A stretch of DNA of 63,744 nucleotides, the filler included, from Octopus bimaculoides (Eukaryota), in NCBI RefSeq assembly GCF_001194135.2. It is 6 parts of 6 records of this genome, joined end to end, with 100 filler letters (N's around TTAATTAATTAA, not from the genome) between each part and the next. Parts side by side here need not be neighbours in the genome. Positions count along the whole stretch, not along the records: positions 1 to 10,528 come from NC_068982.1; positions 10,629 to 17,895 come from NC_068998.1; 4 more parts are not named here. One strand, written 5' to 3'. Below the pieces are notes generated by a model. That model ran no database searches, was not told the DNA's origin, and saw nothing but the letters and a program-made list of their open reading frames with translations. The position numbers and the translations under genes were made by a program. Position 1 is the stretch's first letter. Each line of letters starts with the position of its first letter. Shown here one piece after another: positions 1-11,950 of this stretch.

Positions 1-51
1 TCAGCCGCCCTGTCAGGGATACGGAAAGTCATGGGATTGCAGCATGGCAGA

Positions 52-281
52 TTCTTTTCTACTCTAGGCACAAGGCCCGAAATTTGGGGGGGGGAGGGGA
101 CCAGTCGATTAGATCGACCCCAGTACGCAACTTGCACTTAATTTATCGACCCCGAAAGGATGAAAGGCAAAGTCAACCTCGGCGGAATTTGAACTCAGAA
201 CGTAACGGCAGACGAAATACCGCTAAGCATTTCGCCCGGTGTACTAACGATTCTGCCAGCTCGCCGCCTTTGCAGCATAGC
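52..281 (-). mobile_element. tRNA-derived SINE, family A
   Basis: Minus strand reads AAGGCGGCGAGCTGGCAGAATCGTTAG...GAGTTCAAATTCCGCCGAGG (A-box-like and B-box), then a body ending CCTTGTGCCTAGAGTAGA. The same sequence recurs many times in the window. Confidence 0.85.
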
Positions 282-597
282 AGATTGCGAAGAGGTAGCA
301 GGAGAGCTCAACTGAGCGAACGGTGCTTCTTACATTTGATGCCGAGTGGAGGAATCCTAGAAAATCAATGGTCAGGATCACCAAGTTCTATAAAGAGAGT
401 AACTGCAATGCATCCACAAAGGCGGCATGCATGGTTATGTAATCAGCTAATACAAAAATACGCTATGACTCAATCACCCAATTCAAAGTCAAAATAATGG
501 AAATGGTTGGCGACAGAATCATGGAAATTCGCGAAAGCAGAGCGACCTTAAGAAAGAAAATTACCTTACGCCATTAGACGTTAATACTAGCTGTTAT

Positions 598-759
598 TTT
601 TTTTATCTTTTGCTTGTTTCAGTTATTTGACTGCAGTCATGTTGGGCCACCGTCTTGAAAGGTTTTAGTCAAACGAATTGATCCCAGAACTTATTTTTTA
701 AAGTCTGGTACTTATTCTATCGATGTCTTTTGCCAAACCACTAGGGCGGTGGTGGGGCA

Positions 760-798
<39 letters not shown>

Positions 799-960
799 CA
801 GGCTTCTTTCAGTTTCCGTCTACCAAATCCACTTACAAGGCTTTGGTCGGCTCGAGGTTACGATAGAAGACACTTGCTCAAAGTGCCACGCAGTCGATTT
901 GAACCCGGAACCATATAGTTGGTAAGCAAGCTTCTTACCACACAGCCACGCCTCCGCCTA
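598..960 (-). mobile_element. tRNA-derived SINE, family B (CORE-like block, internal CA microsatellite)
   Basis: Minus strand: GGCGTGGCTGTGTGGTAAG...GGTTCAAATCG (A/B boxes), GCACTTTGAGCAAGTGTCTT CORE-like block, internal (CA)n, tail ending ACTGAAACAAGCAAAAG. Matches the + copy at 4492-4915. Confidence 0.85.
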
Positions 961-964
961 TACA

Positions 965-1125
965 TTTAAATATACGTATATGACGAGCTTCTTTCAGTCT
1001 CCGACTATTAAATGCACTCACATGGCTTTTATCAACCGAAGATACTTGGCCAAGACCACATGGTTTAGAAGCAAGATTCTTTAACCAAACACCCGGTTCT
1101 GCCCTTACAGCCGCACTTGCACCTG
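965..1125 (-). mobile_element. degenerate SINE family B head
   Basis: Decayed match to the family B head (gagcttctttcagtctccg...accacatggtttagaagcaagattctttaacc). Confidence 0.55.
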
Positions 1126-1629
1126 TTCCCAAAATATACACACATAATTCCAGCTGTACACATCCTATACATTCATAGCTCATTCGATCAACCTATCCAA
1201 GCTCATTCCCTGCCAACATCTTCTTTGTCCCTCTTGTCAGCTTGGTAGTTATTCATATTTTTGCCCTATTCTTCCATTTTCTATGTATATATTACATTCA
1301 TTCATCTATCAATCAATCCAGCAATCCGGTTTACATCTGTAGATTATATAAGCAAACACTTCCTCCTCTTCTCTCTCCTGCCAACACTCCCCCTCTCTCT
1401 CTCTCTTTTTCTTTCTCTCTCTCTCTCTCTTACACATATACACATGCATACATGCGTAACTTTCTCCACTTTCCATGTCTTCTCATTCTCCAAATATGAA
1501 TATATGCAAATTATATATGTATACACACACACACACACATATAATATATAAAATATGTGTCCTTGCATTCATTTATATATATGAGGGAAAGAGAAAGGGG
1601 AGGGAAAGGGAGAGGGGAAAGAGAGAGTT

Positions 1630-1985
1630 GGATATAAAAAGACGCATTTATTTATTAACAATAGTTATAAAATGTGGACAAAAAATGCTTTCCTTTCATG
1701 TGTGTACAGAGAGGGAAATCTCTTCGTAGAATACGTATGTAAAGAAACACACATAAACAGCGCATACAATAGCACACACATTAAACAAACTCACGCGCAA
1801 GTGTGCTTAGATATATATACGTAAGTGTATACACGTGTATATGTGTGCGCGTATTAAAACAAATGGATCTGTAATTTTCTGATAAGGATATTAAAGTATA
1901 AACATGAAAGTCTTTTTTTTGAGGTAACTTGAAAGCTTTCTTAAAAATCTATAGGGTCCAAACATTCTCATCCTTTTACTTTCTC
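1630..1985. repeat. diverged local direct duplication, copy 1 (copy 2 at about 5905-6310)
   Basis: Shared blocks TTTATTTATTAACAATAGTTATA...GCTTTCCTTTCATGTGT...AATCTCTTC and GTATTAAAACAAATGGA.CTGTAATTTTCTGATAAGGATATTA...GGTAACTTGAAAGCTTTCTTAA. Confidence 0.8.
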
Positions 1986-1994
1986 TTTCATACT

Positions 1995-2002
1995 TTATAA
2001 CA

Positions 2003-2084
<82 letters not shown>

Positions 2085-2421
2085 TACTTACATACATACA
2101 CACACAGGCATAAATACTTACATACATACACACACACACACACACATAAATACTTACATACATACACACACACATGAATACTTACATGCATGCACACACA
2201 CATTCACACACACACACACACACCACATACACGCACACATATACACATGCATACACGCATGCGTATGTTTTGTGTGCACGCGTATATAAATCCATCTGTA
2301 GATATAGACATGCATACGTGTATGTGTGGATGGGTCTAGATGTATATGTGCATATGTATATTTCTGTATATCTATGTATATAGATATAAGTATATATTAT
2401 TTATACATACCCCCACCACAA

Positions 2422-2454
<33 letters not shown>

Positions 2455-2550
2455 TGTATGTATGTATGTATGTATGTATGTGTGTGTGTGTGTGAGTGCT
2501 TGTGTGTGGTTACATATGTGTGTGTATATATACATACATGCACACACACA

Positions 2551-2595
<45 letters not shown>

Positions 2596-2712
2596 AACTA
2601 TAATATATATATACATACATATATATACATATACACAAAGCTTCAGCATATCATATTCATAAATATATTTTCATGCGTCCTTAGATATTTACAAGTTTAC
2701 ATATGTACATGA

Positions 2713-2758
<46 letters not shown>

Positions 2759-2760
2759 AA
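1995..2760. repeat. compound microsatellite field (CA, TATG, TA)
   Basis: Directly visible simple repeats. Confidence 0.95.
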
Positions 2761-3439
2761 CTGTCTATAAAACACCCACTCATTCACAAATACACACCTT
2801 CGCACACACATACACACACACGTGCTCATATACTCCCCCACTATACACTTAATCATATACATCCAACCAGCCAACAGAATGGATAACATCAATAATACCA
2901 TTATGGGTTTTCAAGAAGAAAGCAAGGAATCGTTAAAGTGTTCAGATGTTCTTGATGTTGTTGATCATGTTAGTTAGTTTCTTCCAAGCTTGTTAAGGGC
3001 TACTTAAGGAATGGATCATGTTTACCGAGCGCGCGCGTTTGTGCATGCGCGCGCGCGTGCGTGTATGTGTGTCGGGGCTCTCACTCTCTCTCTCTCAGTG
3101 TGTGTCTTAATATGTGTGTATTCGAGTGTGCGTCTATGCTTTTAATGTTTTGTCTTTGTGTTCGTATATGTAATATATTTGTGGCTTCCAATGTTGTGGC
3201 GCTGTGTTGTGTTACTGGTTATTAATATTGTTGTGTGGTTGTAGATTTAGCTTTGTAGTAGCGGTTGAATAGTGTTGGTCAGCATAGTATAGTGATAGTT
3301 GTGGTGGTGGGTAATGCAGTAAAGAGAAGGTTGGAGTATAAGATAAATGTAATGCTAGTTGTAATTTTGTTTATTGTGCTAGTAGTGGTTGTCGATGCTC
3401 GTGGTTGTATTAGCTTTTAGTGCTTATTAACATACCAAG

Positions 3440-3790
3440 TTCAAGGTGGACCAAGCAGATGTACTGCATACACTACTGTATGCCTGCGGGACTTGGACCA
3501 ATTACGACCGCCACACCAAAAGGCTAAATCGCTTCTCCATTAACTGCTTGAGAAAGCTGTCGAAAATCACCTGGCAAGACAAGGTCCCAGACACAGATGT
3601 CCTCTTTCGAGCTGATCTGCCAAGCATTTACACACTGCTGAAGAGAGTGCAGTTCCGATAGGCAGGCCATTTTATTCGAAAGTTGGATACACGACACCCC
3701 AAAAGATTGTTTTACAGCGAACTGGCGGAAGGTAGGCACACGCAAGATGAACAGAAAAAGCGCTTCAAGAAACACTCACAGCCTCACTGA
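3440..3790 (+). mobile_element. RTE-clade LINE ORF2 C-terminal fragment
   Basis: LHTLLYACGTWT..RHTKRLNRFSINCLRKLSKITWQDKVPDTDVL, then a stop in place of W, AGH, and HPKRLFYSEL. These are typical RTE/BovB post-RT motifs. Confidence 0.85.
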
Positions 3791-4027
3791 AATGCTTTGA
3801 GATAAGCTCAAAAATAAATAAATAAAAGAATATTAAAAAATCAATCAACTTCCATTAATGGAGTAACGGCAGTAGAGTCATTTACTGGTTTAAGAACATT
3901 TAGAAAAAAAACAACAATCTGTCTTCCTAATTTGACATTGTCGATTTTATCTCTCTGTCTGTAAATCTCTACTCACGAGTGCCCTCCAATTTGCTAGGAT
4001 ATACAGCATTTATATATGACAATGATC

Positions 4028-4230
4028 CACCGTATTTGATGGCATAAAAGACACAAGCATATTAGACATACTCCAATTTCAGCAGCGCATATTCAAGAAA
4101 AATAGTTTTTGGTGGATTAAAATAATGTAACATCGACCCAACTTTGCATATAGGATATGGGGTGATTTTGGTTGCAAGGGGGACGTTTGTATGGAAAATT
4201 AATGCATCTTATATGCCATCAAACACGCTA
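4028..4230. mobile_element. MITE with ~28 bp imperfect TIRs (Tc1/mariner superfamily, Tc2/Kanga-like end)
   Basis: Left CCGTATTTGATGGCATAAAAGACACA (4030-4055) is the imperfect reverse complement of right TGCATCTTATATGCCATCAAACACGCTA (4203-4230). A CCGTATTT start is typical of Tc2-type TIRs. Confidence 0.65.
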
Positions 4231-4491
4231 GATACCACTGTAACTTCAAGTAAAACTCAGTTCTTCTGTAATAATTCAGCCTAGTTTAAGAAAAGAAAAA
4301 GATAAAACGACAGACCTCTCACAACTTCATTGATGTGTAATCTCTATTTCCACTTCTGATCTCCCTACTCTCTTTGACATTTTCAAAAGGTTTATCTTTC
4401 CAAGTTTATCGCCAATCAGCAGAATGGATCAATCATTAAGGAGGAATAACTACACTATTTTTCGCCCACTTCAGTAATAATGTACATATAT

Positions 4492-4915
4492 AGGCGTAGG
4501 GATGGCTGTGTGGTAAGTAGCTTGCTTACCAACCACATGGTTCCGGGTTCATTCCCATTACCTGGCATCTTGGGCAAGTGTCTTCTATTATAGCCTCGTC
4601 GGGCTGACCAAAGCCTTGTGAGTGGATTTGGTAGACGGAAACTGAAAGAAGCCCGTCGTATATATATATATATATATATATATATATNNNNNNNNNNGTG
4701 TTTGTCCCCCTAACATCACTTGACAATCGATGCTGGTGTGTTTACGTACCCGTAACTTAGCAGTTCGGCAAAAGAGACCGATAGAATAAGTACTAGGCTT
4801 CCAAAGAATAAGTCCTGGGGGCGATTTGCTCGACTAAAGGCGATGCTCCAGCATAGCCGCAGTCAAATGACTGAAACAAGTAAAAGAGTCAAAAGAGTCA
4901 AAAGAGTAAAGAGTA
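4492..4915 (+). mobile_element. SINE family B, near full length
   Basis: GGCGTAGGGATGGCTGTGTGG...GGTTCATTCCC...CTTGGGCAAGTGTCTT, internal (TA)n, tail AAAAGAGTCAAAAGAG. Confidence 0.9.
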
Positions 4916-4959
4916 TACACCGGTTTGATTTCATGATGCTTTAGGATTGTTTCAGCTTT

Positions 4960-5520
4960 CGACACAAGGTCAACAATTTCGAGGGTAAGGGGATGTTCAA
5001 TGATACCACTAACTCCTAGTATTAGACTAATACTTTATTTTATAGATGTCGAAAGCATAGAAAAACCAAGTAAATCTCTGCAGGATGTAAAGAACCAGAA
5101 TGTAAAGAAGCAGAACAAATATCGCAAAGCAATTTTATCGACGTTCTAACGACTCTGCCATCTCGCCACCATTAGAGATATTTCTATCAAATTATTTGCA
5201 CGAGATCAACAATTTTGAGGGAAGGGGGAAGCCCAATATATCGATCCCAAATGGTACATATTTTATTGGTACATATTTTATTGAACCCATAAGCATGAAA
5301 GACAACGTTGATATCGGGAGAATTTGAACTCAGAATATAAAGGGTCTGAAGATATGCAACAAAACACCTTCTTTCAACGTTCTAACTACTCTGCCATCTC
5401 GCCGCCTCCCAAGTCGCTCTAAAACAATATAAAGTAATGCATTTAATTGTTATCGACCCCCGAGTGATGAAAAGCAAATTTAACCTTGCCAAGATTTGAT
5501 ATTTGAATCTTAAGAGCTGA
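4960..5520 (-). mobile_element. three degenerate tandem SINE family A copies
   Basis: Repeated CAACAATTT(C/T)GAGGG...TCGA...GACTCTGCCATCTCGCC units at about 4960, 5200 and 5440. Confidence 0.65.
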
Positions 5521-5620
5521 AACAGATATCCAAGGCAGTCAATACATTATAATTTCAATTCAACTCTTTGAGTTAACCTATTCATTTCTATGTATGTATG
5601 TATGTATGTATGTATGTATG

Positions 5621-5651
<31 letters not shown>

Positions 5652-5803
5652 GTATGTATGTATGTATGTATGTATTTATGTATGTATGTATGTATATTAA
5701 TATATGTATGTGTGTGCATGTATGCATATATATATATATACACATATACACACACGTATATGTAAAGATAGGCATTTATATATATTTATGTAATTATATA
5801 TAA

Positions 5804-5870
<67 letters not shown>

Positions 5871-5904
5871 CGCGTGTGAAAGTAAGAGATGTGTGGCTGG
5901 ATAA

Positions 5905-6023
5905 AGTAGAAATATTTATTTATTAACAATAGTTATACAAGGTGAACAAAAAAGCTTTCCTTTCATGTGTATACAGAGAGGAAAATCTCTTCATAGAATA
6001 CATATGTAAAGAAACAGATTCAC

Positions 6024-6056
<33 letters not shown>

Positions 6057-6310
6057 CATACATACATACATACAAACGTATGTACGTATATACCATATAT
6101 AATATAAACAATAATACAACCGCATACACGAACACACATAAACACACATAGTAAACAAAACGCATACATATATGTATTAAAACAAATGGACCTGTAATTT
6201 TCTGATAAGGATATTATATTAGAGAGATGAAAGCCTTTTTAAGGTAACTTGAAAGCTTTCTTAAGAATCTATGAAGCCCAAAACTCTTATTCGCTTATTT
6301 TATCTCTTAC
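5905..6310. repeat. diverged local direct duplication, copy 2
   Basis: Matches 1630-1985 in two blocks, separated by an (ATAC)n expansion. Confidence 0.8.
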
Positions 6311-6815
6311 CTTATATAATGCACGCGCATGCACACACATACACAAACGAGTGCTCACACACTCACACACAGATATGTCTTACCAACTAAAGTATGTTTC
6401 GATGTTACCGTCTTTGTCAAATGAATGTTGAAAAGATATATGCTGTTAAAGACTATAAATAGGCAGGGATTTATCTAAGGTGAATTTCGTGAAGTAGAGT
6501 AAGAGGGGAAAGAGAAGGGAACGGGGGAATTCTTCTTTTTTTTTAAAAAAAAGGGGGGGTTTGTAATGAGTTTTATTGGAGAAAAGAGTTATTAATTTTG
6601 AAAGGAAATTAAAAGGAAGAACAAAAGAAGCGAAAGAACTGAATAAGAAGTTGTGGGCGGAGAGAAAAGAGGAAGTAAAAAAAAACAAAAAAAACTATGA
6701 AGTGGTATATGCTAAAGGCCATATTGGACAAGAATAGAATTACAAAAAAGAAACAAGAGGAAAGCGAAAGAAATTTTAGGAAACAAAGATTGTTGAAAAG
6801 TTCGTGAGTGAAAAA

Positions 6816-6824
6816 TGAATAATA

Positions 6825-6885
<61 letters not shown>

Positions 6886-7092
6886 CAACAACAACAATAA
6901 TAAGAAGAAGAATAAGAAGAAGAATAACAACAACAACAACAACAACAACAACAATAATGATGATGATGATGATGATGATGATGTTGATGAGGATGATGAT
7001 GAGGATGATGATGATGATGATGAGGATGATGATGATGACGATGGTGGTGGTGGTGGTGGTGGTGGTGATGATGAGGATAACAATAATTATAA
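6816..7092. repeat. compound trinucleotide array (AAT/AAC/AAG/GAT/GGT)
   Basis: Directly visible. Confidence 0.95.
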
Positions 7093-7249
7093 TAATCCTT
7101 TCTACTGGAAGCATAAGGACTCAAATTTGGGGGAAGGGATAAGTCGATTACATCGACCCCAGTACGTAACTGGTACTTATTAATCGACCCCAAAAGGATG
7201 AAAGGCTAAGTCAAATTTCAATTCAGAACGTAGCGACAGACGAAATACC

Positions 7250-7250
<1 letters not shown>
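7093..7250 (-). mobile_element. SINE family A, partial
   Basis: CCTTTCTACTGGAAGCATAAGG...CGACCCCAGTACG...GGATGAAAGGC matches 52-281. Confidence 0.75.
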
Positions 7251-7282
<32 letters not shown>

Positions 7283-7285
<3 letters not shown>

Positions 7286-8224
7286 GGGCTAAACTAAATG
7301 CAAAAGAAATAGACAGAGAAAAATCCCAGCAATGGCTGAGAAGCTCAGGACTCAAAGCAGAGACTGAAAGATTTTTAATTGCTGCACAAGACCAAAGCCT
7401 CCCCACCAGAAATTACCAAAAACATATAATGAAAAGAAACATAACAAGTAACTGTAGAATATGTGGAGATGGACAAGAAACAATAAATCATATTATCTCT
7501 GGCTGCCCAGTCCTGGCTAAGAAGGAATATATTCACAGACACGACAGAGCTGGGACCTATATACACTGGAAGCTATNNNNNNNNNNNNNNNNNNNNNNNN
7601 NNNNNNNNNNNNNNNNNNNNNNNNNNNNNNNNNNNNNNNNNNNNNNNNNNNNNNNNNNNNNNNNNNNNNNNNNNNNNNNNNNNNNNNNNNNNNNNNNNNN
7701 NNNNNNNNNNNNNNNNNNNNNNNNNNNNNNNNNNNNNNNNNNNNNNNNNNNNNNNNNNNNNNNNNNNNNNNNNNNNNNNNNNNNNNNNNNNNNNNNNNNN
7801 NNNNNNNNNNNNNNNNNNNNNNNNNNNNNNNNNNNNNNNNNNNNNNNNNNNNNNNNNNNNNNNNNNNNNNNNNNNNNNNNNNNNNNNNNNNNNNNNNNNA
7901 TGGAAAAACTTTCAAAATACAAAGACCTGGAAATAGAGGTAACTCGAATGTGGAATCTAAAAACAGAAACAATTCCTATCATAGTAGGTGCCTTAGGTAT
8001 AATAAAAAAATATTCAGACAAATACATAACAAAAACACCAGGACTTACAAATATATATAACATACCGAAAATTGCATTACTGGGCACTGCACACATCCTA
8101 CGCAAAACACTTTCAATACAGTAACCATAAGAACACCACAGCAAACCACAGCACATACCCAAGGCGCACAGAGCTGCGCTCGGTAGTGAAGTGAAAGCAC
8201 GTTATAAAAATAAAACTACTGAAC
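7283..8224 (+). mobile_element. R4/Dong-type RLE non-LTR retrotransposon, 5'-truncated (copy 1)
   Basis: SQQWLRSSGLKAETE, AAQDQSL, CCHC-type CRICGDGQETINHIISGC, RHD, RLE C-terminus KLSKYKDLEIE..IPIIVGALG. Flanked by (AAT)n on both sides; contains an N gap. Confidence 0.9.
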
Positions 8225-8236
8225 AATAATAATAAT

Positions 8237-9520
8237 CATAGCGGGAAGAAAGGCCCATCATTGAACCATCTTCTGTTTATGGATGACCGGAAATTGTTTG
8301 GGAAATCTGAAAAGCAGATAGATTCCTTAATCAAAACAATTTAGAAGTGTGGTAGGGACATCGGTATGGAATTTGGGATCACGAAAAGCTCAGTACTTAA
8401 TATGAAAAGAGGGAAGAAAGCAGCCTGCAGAGGATTGCGGTTACCATCAGGAGAGACCATGGGCGAACCCGACGGTAGTGGGTATAGATATTTAGGGATT
8501 TTGGAGCTGGATAACATTCTACACAGAGAAAGAAAAGTCAAGGTCAGCGAGGCGTATCAAAAAAAGGGTGAAGATGGTGTTGAAATCCAACCTGGATGCC
8601 AAAAATTTGCAATGAATATGCCGCGAAAGATGTAGGTGTAAATGCAGATGAAATGAAGGGCAAGGAAGAGTTTAACCAAAGAGCTGAGGAGAAGAGAAAA
8701 GAAAACCTTCTTGATATGAGAATGCATGGGCAGATTGAAAGGAATACACAAGACATTAAGGATAATACAGCATCATGGGCATGGCTTGAGCGAGGTTATT
8801 TGAAGCGTACCACCGAAAGCCTGATCATTGCTGCACAAGACCAGTCTCTCGCTACCAATCCAGTGACGTATAACATCTATAAAACTTCTGACACCTAGAA
8901 ATGCAGACTATGTGGAAAGAGTGTGGAAAATGTAACCCACTTGGTAAGTGGATGTGAGCGCCTTACACAAAAAGAATACAAGCGTCGCCACGATAAAGTG
9001 TGTGTGCATCTTCATTGGCTCTTATGTCGTAAATACCAATATGAAGTAACAGAGAACTGGTATGAGCATGTAGAAAGTAAAGTTATGCAGGAGGATGGAA
9101 AAGTAACGATACTCTTGGACTATGATTTTCAGATGGATCATGTAATCGGACACCGTCGACCGGATATTGTCATGCTGAATAAGAGAGACAAACACTGTCA
9201 GATCATTGATGTAGCCATACCAAATGACATGAATGTTGTAAGTAAAGAGGTTGAAAAAATCACCAAGTACTCCGAATTGAAAGTGGAAATGGCAAGACTA
9301 TATGGAATGCGAGAAGATAATGTAAAAGTGATACCAGTGGTGATCGGAACTTTTTAAGGCAACTGGAAATCCCATGCAAGATTGATGTCTTACAAAACAC
9401 AGCCTTATTGGGCACATCGCACATCTTAAGGAAAATATTATCTGTCTGAGGTCCTTGTTGTGACTTGACAGATGATTAAAGACACCGGTGCATTTTTACC
9501 TACACTGTGTTACGAAGGAA
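8237..9520 (+). mobile_element. R4/Dong-type RLE LINE, second subfamily (RT end + CCHC + RLE)
   Basis: LNHLLFMDD RT motif, YRYLGILE, AAQDQSL, CRLCGKSVENVTHLVSGC, RHDKV, RRPDIV..IIDVAIP..KITKY (PD-D/ExK). Several stops and frameshifts. Confidence 0.9.
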
Positions 9521-9530
9521 TAATTATAAT

Positions 9531-9650
9531 CCTTTCAACTTTAAGCACAAGGCCTGGAATTTGTGGGGAGGGGAATACTCGATTACATCGACCCCAGTAC
9601 TTAACTGGTTCTTAATTTAGCGTCCCCGAAAGTATGAAAGGTAAAGTCGA
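9531..9650 (-). mobile_element. SINE family A fragment
   Basis: AAGCACAAGGCCTGGAATTTG...CGACCCCAGTAC...GAAAGGTAAAGTCGAC. Confidence 0.7.
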
Positions 9651-10037
9651 CGAAATACAAAACAGAAATAAACTACACTGACAAACTGACCTGAAATGAC
9701 AACATAGCAGAAAGGGTCAAAGAGACAAAAATATGAAAACATAATTACAAAGCATACTAAAGAAGAAATGGAGAGAAAAATCGCTCCATGGCCAATACCC
9801 TACAAGGCTTGACAGAGAGGAAGTGAGCCAAAGTAAAAGCCAACAATGACTCAAAAGCTCTGGACTAAAAGCTGAAACGGAAGGACTGATTCTCGCTGCA
9901 TAAGACTAATGCTTGACCACAAACAATTATAAAAGTAAAATAATGAAAACAGACCCTGACACCAAATGCAGAATATGCAACCAGTACAATGAGACAGTTG
10001 ACCACATCATCTCTGGCTGCCCAGTCCTTGCCAAATC

Positions 10038-10083
<46 letters not shown>

Positions 10084-10190
10084 CATGACCAAGTAAGTAG
10101 TTATATCCACTGGACAATATGTCAACACTACAACATTAAAACTGACAATAGATGGTATAAACATGTGCCAAACAAAGTACAAGGCAACAG
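9651..10190 (+). mobile_element. R4/Dong-type LINE fragment (copy 3)
   Basis: KKKWREK..HGQYP, SSGLKAETEGLILAA, CRICNQYNETVDHIISGCPVLAKSEYI..RHDQV. Confidence 0.85.
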
Positions 10191-10334
10191 CAATTGGTAC
10201 TTATTCTATCGACTCCGTAGGTATGAAAGGCAAAGTCGACCCCAGCAGAATTTGAACTCAGAACATACAGACGGACGAACTGCCGCTAAGCATTTTGCAC
10301 GGCGTGCTAACGATTCTGCCAGCTCACCACCTTT

Positions 10335-10336
<2 letters not shown>
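10191..10336 (-). mobile_element. SINE family A head half
   Basis: GAATTTGAACTCAGAAC...GATTCTGCCAGCTCACCACCTT is the reverse complement of the B-box/A-box head. Confidence 0.8.
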
Positions 10337-10375
<39 letters not shown>

Positions 10376-10572
10376 TTTCTGATTTAAGCAAAAGGATAGC
10401 AATTTTGAGAAAATGTAACTAGTACCATTGGCATCAGTACTTAATTGATAGTTCAATATTGTCCTCCTAATACGTATGGTCGTTATAACGAAGCGAACCA
10501 GGTAAACGTTTTGGATTTGCTTACTAAANNNNNNNNNNNNNNNNNNNNNNNNNNNNNNNNNNNNNNNNNNNN

Positions 10573-10584
10573 TTAATTAATTAA
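10573..10584. other. artificial six-frame-stop gap linker (N44-TTAATTAATTAA-N44); also at 17940, 35239, 40441 and 62587
   Basis: An identical 12-mer is centred in five gaps of exactly 100 bp. Confidence 0.95.
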
Positions 10585-10635
10585 NNNNNNNNNNNNNNNN
10601 NNNNNNNNNNNNNNNNNNNNNNNNNNNNGTCAAGC

Positions 10636-10990
10636 TTGATAAGTTACGTAGAACACATGTTGTCGCATCTGGGACGAGTACAGCTGTCGGCTGGATTTAT
10701 AATAAAGATGGTACCGCCAACTGGACTCTCAAAGGAAGGTGAGGCATGTTTTCATTGTACGCTGGCAGTATTGAAAGAGTGTGTATGGAGAACTAGAATG
10801 GAAGGTTTCGTGAAAGGGTCCTTCGTCTCTGGCCCGGGTTTGATAACCTACTTCAGATAGCATCTGAAGAGCAAGATGGGGTTAGAGAAGAAGACCCTGC
10901 CGCAGAGAGAGTATGAGAAACGTTAGAAGGATGTGATGAGAAAGGTGGGTGTCAGTAACCCAGCTTAATCATCAATGAAAAGAAAAAAAG
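10636..10990 (+). mobile_element. L1/Tx1-like LINE ORF2 3' end fragment
   Basis: ACFHCTLAVLKECVWRTRMEG..SGPGLITYFR.HLKSK resembles the C-terminus of Tx1-type ORF2. Recognised by pattern only. Confidence 0.55.
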
Positions 10991-11096
10991 ATAGTTGCTG
11001 GGCCTTACAGGCTACCGGGTATGTATTTTGAGCTTGTTTTTTTATGTTTAAAAAAAAAGAAAGGATACCGGAAAGTCAAGTAAACTATATAAATTA

Positions 11097-11467
11097 CTAG
11101 CAGTATAGCCCGGTGCTGCCCGGGATTAAGCTAGGATTATTAAGTGATCAAGTGCTTTATTTCAAACCAAAATAAGTAACATCGACATCAGATTTGAGCG
11201 AAATCCGTTGAAATTGGTTTGCTGGCAATTTGATTGGGAAATCCCATAAGGAATCAGTTTATTGGTTATTTCCACTCATTGACTGTTTTTTTTTTTAAGT
11301 TGCATTAGAGATCTGCATAGGAGAAGGTTGATCTGAAGGTTTGCATTGGGGATCTGGATTGGAGTAACTTAGGAAAACTTACCAACAGTCTAAACCAAAA
11401 AATAAGGGGCCTGTCCCTTCTAGGTTAACTCTAACCCTAACCCTAAAACCCTAACCCTGACCCTAAC
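11097..11467 (-). mobile_element. Helitron 3' end, duplicate copy (possibly assembly redundancy)
   Basis: Appears identical to 11951-12321, including the CTAG terminus and hairpin; ends at an N gap. Confidence 0.7.
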
Positions 11468-11950
11468 NNNNNNNNNNNNNNNNNNNNNNNNNNNNNNNNN
11501 NNNNNNNNNNNNNNNNNNNNNNNNNNNNNNNNNNNNNNNNNNNNNNNNNNNNNNNNNNNNNNNNNNNNNNNNNNNNNNNNNNNNNNNNNNNNNNNNNNNN
11601 NNNNNNNNNNNNNNNNNNNNNNNNNNNNNNNNNNNNNNNNNNNNNNNNNNNNNNNNNNNNNNNNNNNNNNNNNNNNNNNNNNNNNNNNNNNNNNNNNNNN
11701 NNNNNNNNNNNNNNNNNNNNNNNNNNNNNNNNNNNNNNNNNNNNNNNNNNNNNNNNNNNNNNNNNNNNNNNNNNNNNNNNNNNNNNNNNNNNNNNNNNNN
11801 NNNNNNNNNNNNNNNNNNNNNNNNNNNNNNNNNNNNNNNNNNNNNNNNNNNNNNNNNNNNNNNNNNNNNNNNNNNNNNNNNNNNNNNNNNNNNNNNNNNN
11901 NNNNNNNNNNNNNNNNNNNNNNNNNNNNNNNNNNNNNNNNNNNNNNNTTA

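Noticed and set aside
1242-2901. Many ORFs rich in YI/CV/HT dipeptides (also 35-38 kb, 61.2 kb and elsewhere)
   Set aside because: Translations of TA/CA/TATG microsatellites, not genes.
4492-4570. tRNA gene (A/B boxes), likewise the other SINE heads
   Set aside because: No cloverleaf or anticodon arm could be supported, and the heads continue into SINE bodies.
6609-7193. Poly-His/Cys/Tyr/Asn/Asp ORFs
   Set aside because: Reading frames through the compound trinucleotide array.
11430-11467. TTAGGG repeats next to a gap read as a chromosome end
   Set aside because: The tract is short, degenerate and internal to a Helitron that continues in the second copy.
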